A stretch of DNA of 64,000 bases, taken from the NCBI RefSeq assembly GCF_006345805.1, contig NC_043007.1:14074001-14138000 (forward strand), in the 5' to 3' direction. The position numbers and the translations under genes were made by a program. The notes beneath the pieces are model-generated. The model ran no database searches. It was not told the DNA's origin and saw only the letters and a list, made by a program, of their open reading frames with translations. The DNA is from Octopus sinensis (lineage: Eukaryota). Shown here in pieces: positions 1-14,487 of this stretch; the first letter of the stretch is position 1; every line of letters starts with the position of its first letter.

Positions 1-1364
1 TGTATGTATGTATGTATGTATGTATGTATGTATGTATGTATATGTGCTTACGCATAAGAGTATATATTTTCTGGAGCTGGTATTACGTTTTAATATTTCA
101 TAAGCATCTTGAGGTTTTCACCGTGTTTCATCCTGTTTGGCACGCCAACCATTTTCGGTCATTGACTCATAACTGGTTGCCATATTGACTACCGATTTGT
201 ATCTGGCCAAGAAACTGCTATCAGTGGTTCGCAACCACCCACCGACTCGGTATCCGCAATATAAAGGCTATGGTCTGAAGACACTTACCCAAGCTACCGC
301 ACTGTGATATCGAACCCGAAAACATGTCCTTACGAAGTGGCTATTTGAACCTCACTGCTATGTCTGCTCCTCTGCTTAAGGCTTACTCCTCCGTCCTATT
401 CTGTTGTATAAACCTATGTTTTATTGCTACAGAAGTTCATCAACTGTTTTATGAAGACCTCAGTAGCCCGTGGCCGATTTGTCCATGCTAGTTGTAGGCT
501 TATCCATTCACATCTACCAACTGAAAGTTGGATTGAGTGCTCCATTGATCGGGCGAGAAACTGAACTTCGCAGTCAGCGTCGAAACGTAATTTTAACTTA
601 GAACATAAAAGAACCAGAGCAAATACAGCAATGATTCCATCCAATTCTGTAACAACATTTCAATTTCTATTTGCTACATTTATTAACCGTGAAAGACTGG
701 GAGGAAATGTTTGGTATCGATTGGATTTAAACTCCAAGCTCAGAAAACTGCAAAACAGATTAACTACTGCGCTATCGACTCTGTCAATTTGCCTAAATTT
801 TACCCATGATTAAAATTTATCTAACAAGGAAATAGAAATGTGGTGGGTTGCAAGAATCTTCCGTGTGATTTCTCGTCACTATTGGTTACAGACGGAATTA
901 TTCAGCCAGTCACTTTGATTTATCCAATGCTAAGAAAGCTCTGAGACGATTCGAAATTCGTTGCTTAATAATAATAAGTACCATAACAATTACTACTAGT
1001 TCAGTATCTACCAAAGAGTCGTTCTTTCTCTCCAGATATTTGTTAATTCCATAGCTCTCAGGCAACAAGCTCCTGACAAGTTATACATGTTCGTCATGCA
1101 CAGTGCAGCCTATTTTGACCATTTCTTTTTCAGAAGATGATAGGTTCCCCGAAAGACGATGAAAACGTTTCTTCGTGATCGCTCAACCAGCTATATAGTC
1201 AAATTAATCGAAAATTGCACTTTACTCTCTTCCAAATAAATGATACATTTGACAATGTAGACTCAGATATACAAAAAGATGAGATATACTGACTGGAATC
1301 ATTTAACCGTAGATCTGCTCAATCAGGACTGACATGCAGTTAGGTATCTTCAACAGCAACTACA

Positions 1365-1745
1365 GTGGAGGCGCAATGGCCCAGTGGTTAGGGCAGCAGA
1401 CTCGCGGTCGGAGGATCGCGGTTTCGATTCCAGACCGGGCTTTGTGTGCGTTTATTGAGCGATAACACCTAAAGCTCCACGAGGCTCCGGCAGGGGGTGG
1501 TGGCGACCCCCTGTTGTACTCTTTCGCTCCAACTTTCTCTCACTCTTTCTTCCTGTTTCTCGTCCCCGACTTCCTACGCAACCGCTGAGCTTGGATGCGC
1601 ATTCATCCATCCGTCGATGCTCTCGGTGTCGGGGGTTGACATGCTTTCTCTTCTGCGGGTCTTACGAAAAGCAAAGGACCACGTTTCGGACTTCTCCCAC
1701 TAATGGGACGAAGACCGCTTCGCTCAACAAACAAACAAACAAACA
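1365..1745 (+). mobile_element. tRNA-head SINE, head A with (AAAC)n tail (tail 2)
   Basis: Head GTGGAGGCGCAATGGCCCAGTGGTTAGGG...GGTTTCGATTCC with A/B-box-like motifs. 13-bp TSD AACAGCAACTACA at 1352-1364 and 1746-1758. Confidence 0.9.
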
Positions 1746-2961
1746 AACAGCAACTACAACTGCTCTTAACATACAAAGCTTTCTATGATGATCCAAATGA
1801 CAAATGGACTTCCCAATGCGTTTTCACTTTAGATTGAAAGAAATACTATTGCGTGGATTACCCAAAAATAAAGTACAGTCGGAAGGGAATTAATGATAAA
1901 TCTTCTCTGCTATGGGTTGAAGTCGTAAATTTGTTTCCCTTCATTTAGGGTACTGAATTTACTGAATTTATATCAAATTTGTAAACTTAGGAAAAAAATT
2001 TATAAGCTCACTCAAACTAAATTAACTCCATAGCCTTTGCCATGGTGTTATTTTAGTGAAGTACACTTTTTTGCAAGCATTGAAAGCAGGGCTCTGAACC
2101 AAGGGTAACTTATTCTCTTATCCCTGCTAGTCTTAGAGATCCTAAAAAGGGCCATGGGTGAATGACCTATACATAATCTTCCCTCTTATTCATGAATTCT
2201 TCTACGACTTCTTTCAAATTTCTCTAAAGTTTAATGTATTAAAATGATTTCTGGAAAACTACCAAATACTGTTGCAGGGTCTAGTCTCATTCTATATATG
2301 GCAATTGTTGCATTATCGTTTATATCGAAGCAATTGGTGGTCTCCATCATTGAATGCACGCTTGAGTGTTTTAATTTCATTTCTGCAAGCGAAGTAATAA
2401 ACGAAATATCGAATTGTTTAATTCTCTGGCAAAGCTATTAAAAAAATCGAGCTATTGCCAAGGACCGGATATGGACCTACAAAGCATCGATTGAGAAATC
2501 GATGATATCCAGTGTTCAATTCAGGAAATTCAATCGAAACTAGAAACATAGACAGAGATCATCCAATGATCAATTGTCATTAATCTGATTCATTAATCAT
2601 AAAAAATATTAATACTACTACAATTGCTACAATTACTACTACTACAACGACGACGACGATGACTGCTGCTACTACTGCTACTGCTGCTACTTCTTATTGT
2701 GTTGTTGCTCCCTTATCAGCTCTAGTTTTGCATACTTGTAGTGACATACATTCCAACCGTAACCGCCCCATTGTTTTGTTTATCAAGACTTTTGTTGTCC
2801 TATGCGCCTCTCATTTTAATGAAATTTTGCTACTGTTTCTAGCAGGTCGAGTAAACGTATTCAAGAGCTCTCGATGTCGCGTGCTGTAATTTCATTGGAC
2901 CCCGGTCGGCGTTATTGCCATTTATTACAGAATGTGCTGTACTCGTAATTACAGTAATGGA

Positions 2962-3023
<62 letters not shown>

Positions 3024-3219
3024 TACACACACACACACTCATATACACACAAACACACTCACATATACATGTCTGGTGACGGCGACCGAACCGAAACTTC
3101 GAAGTCACTGTCAACCGCCTTGTAAAAGGTATTGAGCGATCCTTTGAATGAATGCTAACTTGTTTATATATATATATATATATTATATATATATATATAG
3201 ATTATATATATATATAATA

Positions 3220-3250
<31 letters not shown>

Positions 3251-3577
3251 GTATATATATATATATAATATAATATATTATTATATATATATATATATAT
3301 ATAAATATATGTATATATTATAATATTATATCATATTATATATATATATATATATATATATACAATTGTCACTAAATTCGACTAAGGGCGTCACACACAC
3401 ACACACATATATCTCATGAAAACAAATATATATATGTGCATAGTTACATATACACAAGTATATGCACATCTACACAGATAGATAGATAGATAGATAGATA
3501 GATACATACATACATACATACATACATACATACATACATACATACATACATACATACATACATACATACATACATAC

Positions 3578-4022
3578 ATCACAACCATATGTGCGCGACA
3601 TGGTGATCTCATATCAAGATAAACAGCGCATGACCTTGCAGGTGGGGCCCAGTTAGAATTTTCTTCAGGTTGATTAACCTATCCCGCTCAAAAGGTCCCT
3701 GAATAAGGGTTGTTTAAGGATGTTGAATGAAACACCCATGTTTCCAGTGGTGAATTATTCAAACCCCAAAGAATTCCTCTCAACGCATGGCTATGATGCT
3801 CCCCCACTACTTCTGCTCGTGATCAGAGATGCACATAACGTCACCCACTAAGGGACATGCTCAAATGGTTAAGGTCAAACAACTGACAAGCAAATCTGTG
3901 GTATTGAGCAGAATATTTGCTGTAGCCCATCTTTTATACCAAAACAAAACAATGTACATAACTCTTCCAATCAGTTAAGATAAGAAGCCACGAGAGCCAC
4001 TGTCTGGTACTGCATCAGGACA

Positions 4023-4024
<2 letters not shown>
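3578..4024 (+). repeat. Interspersed repeat ending in (ATT)n, copy 1 (likely retroposon 3' part)
   Basis: Aligns by eye with 7385-7822 over about 440 bp; both copies run into (ATT)n(ATC)n tails. Confidence 0.8.
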
Positions 4025-4065
<41 letters not shown>

Positions 4066-4181
4066 ATTATTATTATTATTATTATTATCATCATCATCAT
4101 TATCATCATCGTCGTCGTCGTCGTCATCATCATCATCATCATCATCATCATTATCTTCATCATCATCATTATTATAATTTA

Positions 4182-4298
4182 TTTGTCGAAGTTCTTTCGT
4201 CACACATCTTGTGACCTCTTTGACGACACTCTAGCCCACGTGTCTCCTCTTGTTCTCTGAAGAGCTAACAAGATGTGCGACTAAAGAACTTTGACAAA
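4182..4298. repeat. Inverted repeat with about 31-bp arms
   Basis: TTTGTCGAAGTTCTTTCGTCACACATCTTGT (4182-4212) versus ACAAGATGTGCGACTAAAGAACTTTGACAAA (4268-4298), 3 mismatches. Confidence 0.8.
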
Positions 4299-4446
4299 AA
4301 AAACTAAAATGATAATAATAAAGCTGAAGTGATGACCAAATATACAGTGCGTGTGTTTAATATATATATATATATATATTATTGATAAAAATGGTAAGTC
4401 AACAAAAGAAAGAAAGAGACTTCGATATTATGCAAATAGAGGAATT

Positions 4447-4613
4447 TATCTGTAAATGTAATATGTGACAATTATTCGGTAGCCATGATAAAACTCCGAG
4501 TTTCCGATGGCCGGATAACTGAAGAGATGGCGGCGTGGATTTCCACCTCGGCATCCGAAAACTCGGAGTTTTATCATGGCTACCGAATAATTGTCACATA
4601 TTACATTTACAGA

Positions 4614-4615
<2 letters not shown>
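4447..4615. mobile_element. Fold-back/MITE-like element with 57-bp perfect arms
   Basis: 4447-4503 is the exact reverse complement of 4559-4615; abuts (TA)n. Confidence 0.8.
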
Positions 4616-4656
<41 letters not shown>

Positions 4657-5167
4657 TATATATATATATATATATATACCATACATAGATATGATTTTGT
4701 TTTCGTTCAATTCTAGTGTTGTTAGGTAGGCAGGAAAGAATGTCATCGACCTCTAAGAAGTGTTATATATATATCGTTAACCCATTTATCTGCTAAATTT
4801 CCCCACCTCAAGGACTCTCTGCCTACTGCGGCGCTCCTCGATTCTCGAAAGGACAAATAAACAAGATCGCAATATTTTCATATGCGCCATCAAAATGTTT
4901 TGTAAGTGGTTAGGCGACACAGCTTCTGCCGATCACGTAACTTGCACCACCATCCGCTTGTTTGCTACTTTTTTCAATACGCAAACGCGATTAATTTACC
5001 GTAGATAAGCCTGCCTCTGGCGTAAAGATTAACTTACGAAAAATTAACCAATGTTCTCTAAAACGAACGCTAAACTTTCGATACTTATCACAGAAAATAC
5101 CGAAAAAACGGATATTTTGTGATCCTTTACGCTTATTAAACAGATGTATAAAATATACATATTAAAC

Positions 5168-5551
5168 ATACTCTCTTGTTTCAGTCATTTGACTGTGGCC
5201 ATGCTGGAGCACCACCTTTTAGTCGAGCAAATCACCTCCAGCACTTATTCTTTCGAAGCCTAGTACTTATTCTATCGGTCTCTTTTGCCGAACTGCTAAC
5301 TTACGGGGACGTAAACATACCAGCATCGGTTGTCAAGCGATGTTGGGGAACAAACACAGACACATAAACATACACACACACATACATATATATATATATA
5401 CACATATACGACGGGCTTCTTTCAGTTTCCGTCTACCAAATCCACTCACAAGGCTTTGGTCGGCCCGTTGCCCAAGGTGCCATGCAGTGGGACTGAACCC
5501 GGAACCATGTGGTTGGTAAGCAAGCTACTTACCACACAGCCACTCCTACGC
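5168..5551 (-). mobile_element. tRNA-head SINE family B (head, internal TA/CA microsatellite, tail ending GAAACAAGTAAAAGAG)
   Basis: Minus-strand head GGAGTGGCTGTGTGGTAAG...GGTTCAGTCCC; same sequence at 11639, 26383, 30127, 44455, 56610 and 59783. Confidence 0.9.
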
Positions 5552-6304
5552 CTAGGAAACATGTATTTTTTCTTTCTTTTTTTAGTATGTAGGGTTTTTT
5601 ATTACATATATAAGACGTATGTATACAGGGTGACCCAAAAGTAGGTTTACAGTTGTCATGTAAGCACTTTAAATTTCTTTTAAAACATTTTATTACATCT
5701 AAATTTCTATCTTACAATCTGAAAATGGAGCTTGACAAAATTAACTAAATTAGCATAGAATAATGGTCTCATATTTTTTTTTTATAATTAAGATTCAAAC
5801 TGTTAATATATGAAGGAGAAAGAGATAGTTGAATAACTGTAAACTTACTTTTGGGGCCACCCTCTATGATACATGTATAACACAAAAGAAAGACAAAGAA
5901 GAAAAAAAGCAAAAATGGAAGGGGGAAAGAAAAGAAAGAAACAAAACATCACTGCAGCAGCATTGGTGGCACACTACAAGGTTGAACGGGACCTGCTGAA
6001 ACAAGCCAGCACGCTCGCGGCATTACTACGTGCGTTGGAGAAGCTAAGGCGTTGGGAAAGCCAGGCACACTCACGTGTGTTACGTAGGCCTTAAATTTCT
6101 AGTCTTAGGAAGTTATGTAAAGTACCATGTTGTTTTGTCAGGTTTTGTTTTGGTGTGGAACTTGAGCGAGCTGCTTATTAGTAAATGGCTCTCCGTCGCT
6201 TTCGACGATTAGTGTCTCGTCTGTTCGATCAACGTATCTGCCCAGTTCATTGAAGTCGTGTGTAATTGGCTCAACATTTCACTGACATGTGCACCTTAAA
6301 TACT

Positions 6305-6535
6305 TATTTCTTTACTGCCCACAGTGGGCTAAACACAGAGGAGACAAACAAAGACAGACAAACGGATTAAGTCGATTACATCGACCCCAGTGCGTAACTG
6401 GTACTTAATTTAACGACCCCGAAAGGATGAAAGGCAAAGTTGACCTCGGTGGAATTTGAACTCAGAACGTAACGGCAGACGAAATACGGCTACGCATTTC
6501 GCCCGGCGTGCTAACGTTTCTGCCAGCTCGCCTTA
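6305..6535 (-). mobile_element. SINE family C (tRNA-like head with Meta/CORE-like central domain)
   Basis: GGCGAGCTGGCAGAAACGTTAGC...GAGTTCAAATTCC...CTTTGCCTTTCATCCTTTCGGGGTCG on the minus strand; more than a dozen copies in the window. Confidence 0.88.
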
Positions 6536-6943
6536 AATATAATCTTCTAAGAGGAAAACCAGCGCGACCCAATATATGATAAGATTGGCTCTTTGAATTA
6601 CAGGCACATTCCATGCAGCAGGCTTCCACACAGTTTCCGTCTGCCCAATTTCACTCATAAATCATGAGTCGACCCAGGATTATGGGAAAGGAAGCTTACT
6701 CAAAAAAAGCCGTGTAGTGGGTACGAACCCAGAACCTCGTGACTGCAAAAGCGAACTACTTAAGCGCATTCAGCCACCGTACCAGCATCTATTGTTTACA
6801 GTTCTAACTATCAATAAAACATAATTATCAGATAAAAAGCGACATGATGTTGAAATTTGATACCGAATGAGAAATACATATTCCTCTGGAAAAGATTGAT
6901 AACTGATGATAACTAGTCATGAAATATGTTCTATATGACACAT

Positions 6944-6982
<39 letters not shown>

Positions 6983-7231
6983 AGTAGTAGTAGTAGTAGT
7001 GGTGGTGGTGGTGGTGGTGGTGGTGGTGGTGGTGGTGGTGGTAGTAGTAGTAGTAGTAGTGGGGGGGTAGTGGTGGTGCGGCGAAATGACAGAATTCCAC
7101 CCAGATCGACTTTGCCTTTCATCCCCCTTCGTGGTCGATGAAATAAGTTCCAGCTGAGAACTGGGATCGATGTCATCGACTAGCTCCCTCCCCCAAACCT
7201 GCTGATGAAACCATTATTATCATTATTATTA

Positions 7232-7268
<37 letters not shown>

Positions 7269-7284
7269 ATTATTTTATTGAGTG

Positions 7285-7822
7285 AGAGAGTAGTGCATGC
7301 AATCAAAGTGACACTGGGGTAAAATATACGAAGCCCAGTATACCCATCATGACTACCCCGCAGATAAGGTACACCAGGCACATGCATCACACCATATGTG
7401 GCGTGACACGTGATCTCATAACAAGATACACAGCAATGACTCTTGCAGGTGGGCGCCGTTAGAATTTTCTTTCTTATGGTCGAGTTACCTATCCCGAGTT
7501 AAGGATGTTTGATGGAACACCATGTTTTCCGTCCAGAGGTGAATTATTCAAACCTCAAGAATCCCTCTCACACATGCTTGATGCTTCCCCCAACTACTTC
7601 TTTCTTCCTGCTGGTGATCAGAGATTCACGTATCGTCAGCCACTAAGGAACATGGTCAACTGATTAAGTCAAACAAGGGACAAGCAAATCTGTGGTATTG
7701 AGCAAATATTTGCTGTTAAGCCCATCTTTTACACCAAGACAAAACAACGTACGGATAACACCTCCATTCAGTTAAGATAAGAACCATGAGAGCCACTGCC
7801 TGGTACTGCACCAGGGCATTTA
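7285..7822 (+). repeat. Interspersed repeat ending in (ATT)n, copy 2 (longer 5' part)
   Basis: Homologous to 3578-4024, with many small indels. Confidence 0.8.
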
Positions 7823-7876
7823 TTATTATTATTATTTATTATTATATTATTATTTATTATTATTATTATTATTATT

Positions 7877-7935
<59 letters not shown>

Positions 7936-8636
7936 TATTATTATTATTATTGGAGCAGCTCCGATAAGTTTGGCTCCTGTCTTTTACTGTACGTGGTCTT
8001 TATTACAGAAATAAAGCAATAGAGTCAGACATTTGTTAAAAGATATTAAAGGGTTGTTACATGTCTAATGACTCGAACCAACGAGGAGGGGAACCGCTAT
8101 GACATGCGGGGTAAACATTTTTATTATTAGGGGGCGAACTGCAACTTAATATGAACCTGCGGGGGCGTGTCAGAGCCGATGTATATTTAATTCTACCTAT
8201 TCGTATGTATGCATGCAACTCATATTACCGCTTAAATCGTTTTAACATAAGGATTTTCAGAGAGTTCTTCAGCAGGCAGTTTCAGACTCTTATGCTATCG
8301 AGGTGCTCTTCATTCGGGCTTCGTTTAACCGCTTGACCTGGTAGAAATAGCAAGCAAAATGTCCTTGAAATTACTCCCTGCTACAGTCATAAAATAAGAC
8401 GGGATGCTCATGGATATTCGCCTTTAATCTTAAGGTTATTCACTCTGGGCTGACCTAGGGCCAAACAACAACAGCTATGTCGAGTGGTTACGTAGAAGCT
8501 CCTACAATCGGCCCGACCAATACCTTATAACGGAAACTGCGTGGAAGCTTGTCGTCCGTATGTGTGTGTGTGTATGTGTGGGTGTGTATGTGAGTGTGTG
8601 TGTGTATGTGTGTGTATGTGTGTGTAATGTGTGTGT

Positions 8637-8676
<40 letters not shown>

Positions 8677-9853
8677 GTGTGTGTGTGTGTGTATGAGTAT
8701 TTATGTTTCACCTGTATGCTGACAGATCTTCAGAGAGTTTCAAGAGGTTGATTCGACCACTTGACAACCGAAGTTGGTTTATTTTAGTCCCGGTAACTTA
8801 GCGGTTCAGGAAAAGAGACCAGACTTTAAAAAATAAGTTCTGCGGTCGATGTGTTTGATCAAAAACCCTTCAAGTTGCAGTCCAATTACTTAAACTAATA
8901 AATGATAGAAAAAAATTTTAAAATACACGCTAAGATTACGTAAGCATGACTGCGATGACACTTCGCTGAAGAGATGTAACAAGACAGAAACAAGCACAGA
9001 GATGTTTTATCACAGAAAAGACTCACTCCCAACTTTACGACACACCACTCCACATAATTAGACTATTCATAAATTTGATATTCGGATTTGTATATCAAAA
9101 CGGATAGTAATCCTTGTGGTTTTTATTTTACATATTTATGTTTTTCGTTCAGTGTATTACGTTTACTAGCAGCGCTCCCACTTAATCATGTACATAGGTC
9201 CAAACATATGTTTGTATGGAAGTATGTATATAGATGTGTGTGGGTGTATGAAAGAATGAATGCCTATGAATGGATATAGGCATATATAGTATATGTATGT
9301 ATATATATATATAGTGTGTGGTGTGTGTGTGGTAGTTGTGTGTGATCGTGTATAGATAATATATACATACAAAGTAATACAATATATATATATATAGATA
9401 TATGATATATTTATATATATATATATATACACGTGGATGTATATACACACACACACACACACATATTATATTTATATCTATATATACATATATATATAGT
9501 ATAATATATAAATATACAATATGTAATATAAATATATATATACATGCTACATGTATATAGATTGTGGATATGTATATATATATATATATCTATATTATAT
9601 ATTATATATATATATTATTATATATATATATAATATATATATATAATATATGTATATATATGTATATATAATATATCAACCATATATATATATATACTTG
9701 GAAATGTTGATATATTATACATACATACATGCATACATATATATGTGTGTGAGTTGGTGTGGGTGTGGTTAAGGGTGTACTTGTGTTGAATGTGGTTATA
9801 TGTGTGTGTGTGTATGTGAAGATGCATATCAGCATGTATGCGTGTGTATGCAC

Positions 9854-9916
<63 letters not shown>

Positions 9917-10159
9917 ACCATGCATGTGTATACCTATATCTGTGTGATCGTGTCAATGCATATCTCTGGTTAAATATACTTTTCTGCGATTCTATGTATT
10001 TATTTATATTCCAGTTTTGTATTTCTGGTTTAGGTAGCTTTCCTCAGTTGTCAACAGATCGCATTTCAGTTTTGCTAATTGTTACAAACACACGATTCAC
10101 TAGACACCACCGCTGACTAACCATCTCTCTACCGGTGTGTGTATGAGTATGTGTGTGTG

Positions 10160-10197
<38 letters not shown>

Positions 10198-10607
10198 GTG
10201 TCTCTTTCACTTTCCCTCTCTATATCTCTGTTTCCACCTCTCTTTCTCTCTATCTGTGTCTTTCTTTCACTCTTTCTTCCTCCCTTTCTCTCGCGCTCTT
10301 GCTCTCTCTTTCTCGTTGTATACACGTATGCAAGTATATGTATATATATACACCTACACACACATATATATAAGTATGTATGTTTGTATATGCACACATA
10401 CACACATATAAGTATGTACGTATGTATATATAATATGTGTGTATAAATATATGTGCATTATCAATCTATATATATATATATGAATATGTATATATATATG
10501 TATGTATATGTATGTCTATATATATATGCACATATAAGTATGTATGTAATATATTATATGTGTATAAGTATATGTGTATTATCAATCTATATATATACAT
10601 GTATATG

Positions 10608-10642
<35 letters not shown>

Positions 10643-10981
10643 AATATATATCTATATATATATATATATATGTTATTATATGTGTTATATATATATATAT
10701 ACTATATACATCATACATACACATATATATATATGTGCATATGTACTATATGTGTGTGTGCATGCCTGTGCATGCAATTACATGTATATTTTTATGTGTA
10801 TATTTTATAATGTTTGTTACGTGTGGTGTATAAGTATTTATTTGCGTGGGAGCTTTTGCCTCCCTATCTAGCTAACTATCTATCTATCTGTCTATCTTGC
10901 CTCAGCATCAACAGCTTCTAATCATGTATTACATTCCACTTAAAAAGACGCCCCCTCAAAGACAAAAGCATACACAGAGAT

Positions 10982-11059
<78 letters not shown>

Positions 11060-11540
11060 GAGCGCGTATTTATACATATATGCATTACAGAGAACATAAC
11101 TATGGCGCTCTATCAGAGCATCTAAAATGGAGACGCTGTACTTTCACATTCCTTGTTTAATAACAAGAGAAGATATTTTAACAGGATATCTTGTCCATTC
11201 CATTCGATATTCTTTAACCGTTCTTGAATGTTTTCTTGTCAAATTTCAAACAGTTTCTTCCCCTTATATTGCCTGACGATACTTCATTCCATTTCTTTCA
11301 CATATGTTCTCACGCACGTTCAAAACTCGCGCGCGCGCACACACACAACACACACGTGTGATAGATCGTTAGCCACGACACACATTTTCTCTCTCCTTGT
11401 TTTTCTGTGTCCTTTTCTGTAGAAGAGCGTAGGCCCGAAACGTAAAAGAATTTTTCTATTCCTGAACGTTATACTAATACATCTGTTTGTTTTGTACACC
11501 ACATGTCTTCGTCTTTTGTTTTTTTTTTTTCGTAAACTCT

Positions 11541-11575
<35 letters not shown>

Positions 11576-11638
11576 CTGAAATGTACAGTATTATATATCC
11601 ATCACGGCTGGGCTGATCTTCCAATTGGTTCGACGCTA

Positions 11639-12055
11639 AGAGTGGCTGTGTGGTAAGTAGCTTGATTACCAACCACATGGTTCCGGGTTCAGTCCCACTA
11701 CGTTGCACCCTGGGCAAGTGTCTTCTACTATAGCCTAATGCTGACCAAAGTCTTGTGAGTGGATTTCGTAGACGGAAACTGAAAGAAGCCCGTCGTATAT
11801 ATGTATATGTATATATATGTGTGTGTGTGTTTCTGTGTCTGTGTTTGTCACCCCATCCCAAGATCGCTTGACAACCGATGCTGGTGTGTTTACGTCCCCA
11901 TAACTTAGCGTCTCGGCAAAGGAGAACCAATAGAATAAGTACTAGGCTTCCAAAGAATATGTCCTGGGGTCGATTTGCTCGACTAAAGGCGCTGCTCCAG
12001 CATGGCCACAGTCACATGACTGAAACAAGTAAAAGTGTAAAAGAGCAAAAGAGTA
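11639..12055 (+). mobile_element. SINE family B, full length
   Basis: Head GAGTGGCTGTGTGGTAAGTAGC, internal (TA/TG)n, tail GACTGAAACAAGTAAAAG. Confidence 0.9.
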
Positions 12056-12929
12056 TATATAATTTGTACATACATACATGTATGAAATATGCACATACAT
12101 GCTTATACGTACACATATGCATGCAACATACACAAAAAATATACAAATATATGTTTATATGTATGTCTGTTCATATATATATGCACACATATATATACAT
12201 ACTGAATTTTGAAATAATAGCATGTAATTCAATATGAGAAAAATTCCTCACGAAGATATATATATAAATCTAAAATAGTATTGTATTAAAACTATATTTA
12301 AATATATGAAACATAACAGTTTTAAAATTTGTTAATTAATGCATCTAACGATCGTTTCGCAAAAGTATTGTCATTATAATGGAATCCATTGTTGATACAC
12401 ATTGATAGACAATACTTCCGTTCGTTAAAGATGGAGAAGATATTATGTCTAAATACTTTATTAATGTCTAAATACTTTATCGCATTAAAATTTTTGACGT
12501 TTTACACAAAGAGCACTCATTATAAATTCAGTGTATAATATTCTAACAGAATATATTTAATTAAGGATACATATGTATATGGCCGACCAAAACCATCGCT
12601 TCACAACCGATGTCGATGTGCTTACGTTCCCGTAACTTAACGATTCGGCAAAAGCGGCCGATAGAATAAGTACTAGGCTTACAAAGAATAAGTTCTGGAT
12701 AAAAGAGAGCACCTTTACTGTTTTCTTCCTCCAACCTTCTCTAATTTCCTTTTCCTCCCCCTTCCTCCTTCACCGTGTTCTATCTGTCTCTCTGTCCCTC
12801 TCTCTCCACTCTTTCGCTTTTTCTCTCTCTCCCTCTCTCTCATTGCTCACACGTGACCATCGTCCATCTTTCTTTTCCTCGCATGACTGTCTTTCTTTTC
12901 ATGCACGGACGTTTAAACGAACGGACGTG

Positions 12930-12930
<1 letters not shown>

Positions 12931-13021
<91 letters not shown>
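12931..13021. repeat. (CT)n microsatellite
   Basis: About 45 perfect CT units; explains the SLSLSL and RERERE ORFs. Confidence 0.97.
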
Positions 13022-13025
<4 letters not shown>

Positions 13026-13421
13026 CTTTTCTCTTTTCAAAAACAAAGTATTTCTTCCAGCGTTCACTATTTTCCTCTCGTTCTGGTCTAAATACACTCC
13101 ATGTTTGTTTTCATTCGGTTTCCTTGTATGTCTCCACTGTCATTTCTCCTCCGACTTTGACCCTCCATAAATCCTAAATTTTATTTTAAAATTTATGGGA
13201 GCAACTGTCTTTTAAGACTCATTTTGCCTTTGAATGCTCGAAATGAAGAATAGATAGACAGCCAACAACTGACGAAGGGTCCTTTCTCTGAGTTAACTTG
13301 CCCTCTTTTTCATTTTTTCTCGTTTACGTATTTCATGCTTTTCCACCGTTGGTGACGTCCTGTCCCCTTATATGCATGTATGTATATACGTATATATACA
13401 TACTATATATACATATATATA

Positions 13422-13465
<44 letters not shown>

Positions 13466-14216
13466 TATATATATATATATATATTATATATATATATATT
13501 ATATATATAATATATATATATATATAATCTATAATATATTATAAATATATATATTATATTATTATTTATTATTCAATGACGTGACGCATCCATTTCTAAG
13601 TAAGTTTATATATATATATATATATCATATATATATATATATATTAATTGCTATTTGTTAGTGTGTGGCGGAGTGTTGTGTGTGTGTGTTTAGCGTTCTC
13701 AATTTGATATTTGATTAAACGCAATGCTCGAAAGTTAATTAGTTAATTAGTTTCATGTTACATCGTTTTTTTTTTACTAAGCCAACAAGACATAAGAAAA
13801 TTTTAAGCGAATGAACGTCAGATTTCGTAACGTATTATTAAGTCATATATTTTAACTAACCACAATCAAATGAAGAGCTATATCGCATCACATACACACA
13901 CACTTTCTCTTTTTCTCCCTCCCTCTCCTCTCTCTCATTCTTTCTCGCTCTCTCTCACACACACATGTCACTTGCAAGTGACTATAAAGTGGGAGCTTTT
14001 AACACGCTTTCGCTTGTTGTTTCAGGTGTCTGTGATATAGACACCAACAGGTATAGACACCCTCTCCAATACTCAACCCAGCAGAGCATCGATGATGTAA
14101 GAAGTGGAGGGAGAGAGTGGGAGGTGTACCACCAGTCAGCTGGTACTCATTTTCAGTGACGTGGAACAAGATGCTATGTCCAGTTACACAACGTGCTGTC
14201 CGGTCCAGGAACCGAT

Positions 14217-14487
14217 AAATAAATGAATAAATAAATAAATGCACCCCTTTAAAGCCTAGCCAGGCTCATGTGCCTGGTTTCCCGGTTTCTATGGCGTATG
14301 TGTTCCCTAGCCGGACAGGACGCCAGTCCATCGCAGCGTTACTCATTTTTGCCAGGTGAGTGGATTGGAGCAACGTGAAATGAAGTGTTTTGCTCAAGAA
14401 CACAACGCGTCGCCCGGTCCAGGAATCGAAACCACAATCTTACATTCATGATGCTGACACCCTAACCACTAAGCCACGCGCCTCCAC
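14217..14487 (-). mobile_element. tRNA-head SINE, head B, V-domain-like body, (ATTT)n tail; nested in an older SINE
   Basis: Minus strand TGGAGGCGCGTGGCTTAGTGGTTAGGG...GCGATGGACTGGCGTCCTGTCC. 12-bp TSD CCAGGAACCGAT at 14205-14216 and 14488-14499. Confidence 0.85.

Noticed and set aside
414-830. Possible degraded transposase
   Set aside because: Coding-like texture, but no motif I can assign and multiple stops.
1365-1440. tRNA gene calls at SINE heads
   Set aside because: A/B boxes are present, but there is no acceptor stem closing a cloverleaf, and each head continues into a SINE body with a TSD.
4777-5140. piggyBac-like TTAACCC start of a CpG-rich segment
   Set aside because: No matching opposite terminus was found.
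9088-11160. YIYI/CVCV/HTHT ORFs here and throughout the window
   Set aside because: Translations of (TA)n and (CA)n microsatellites.
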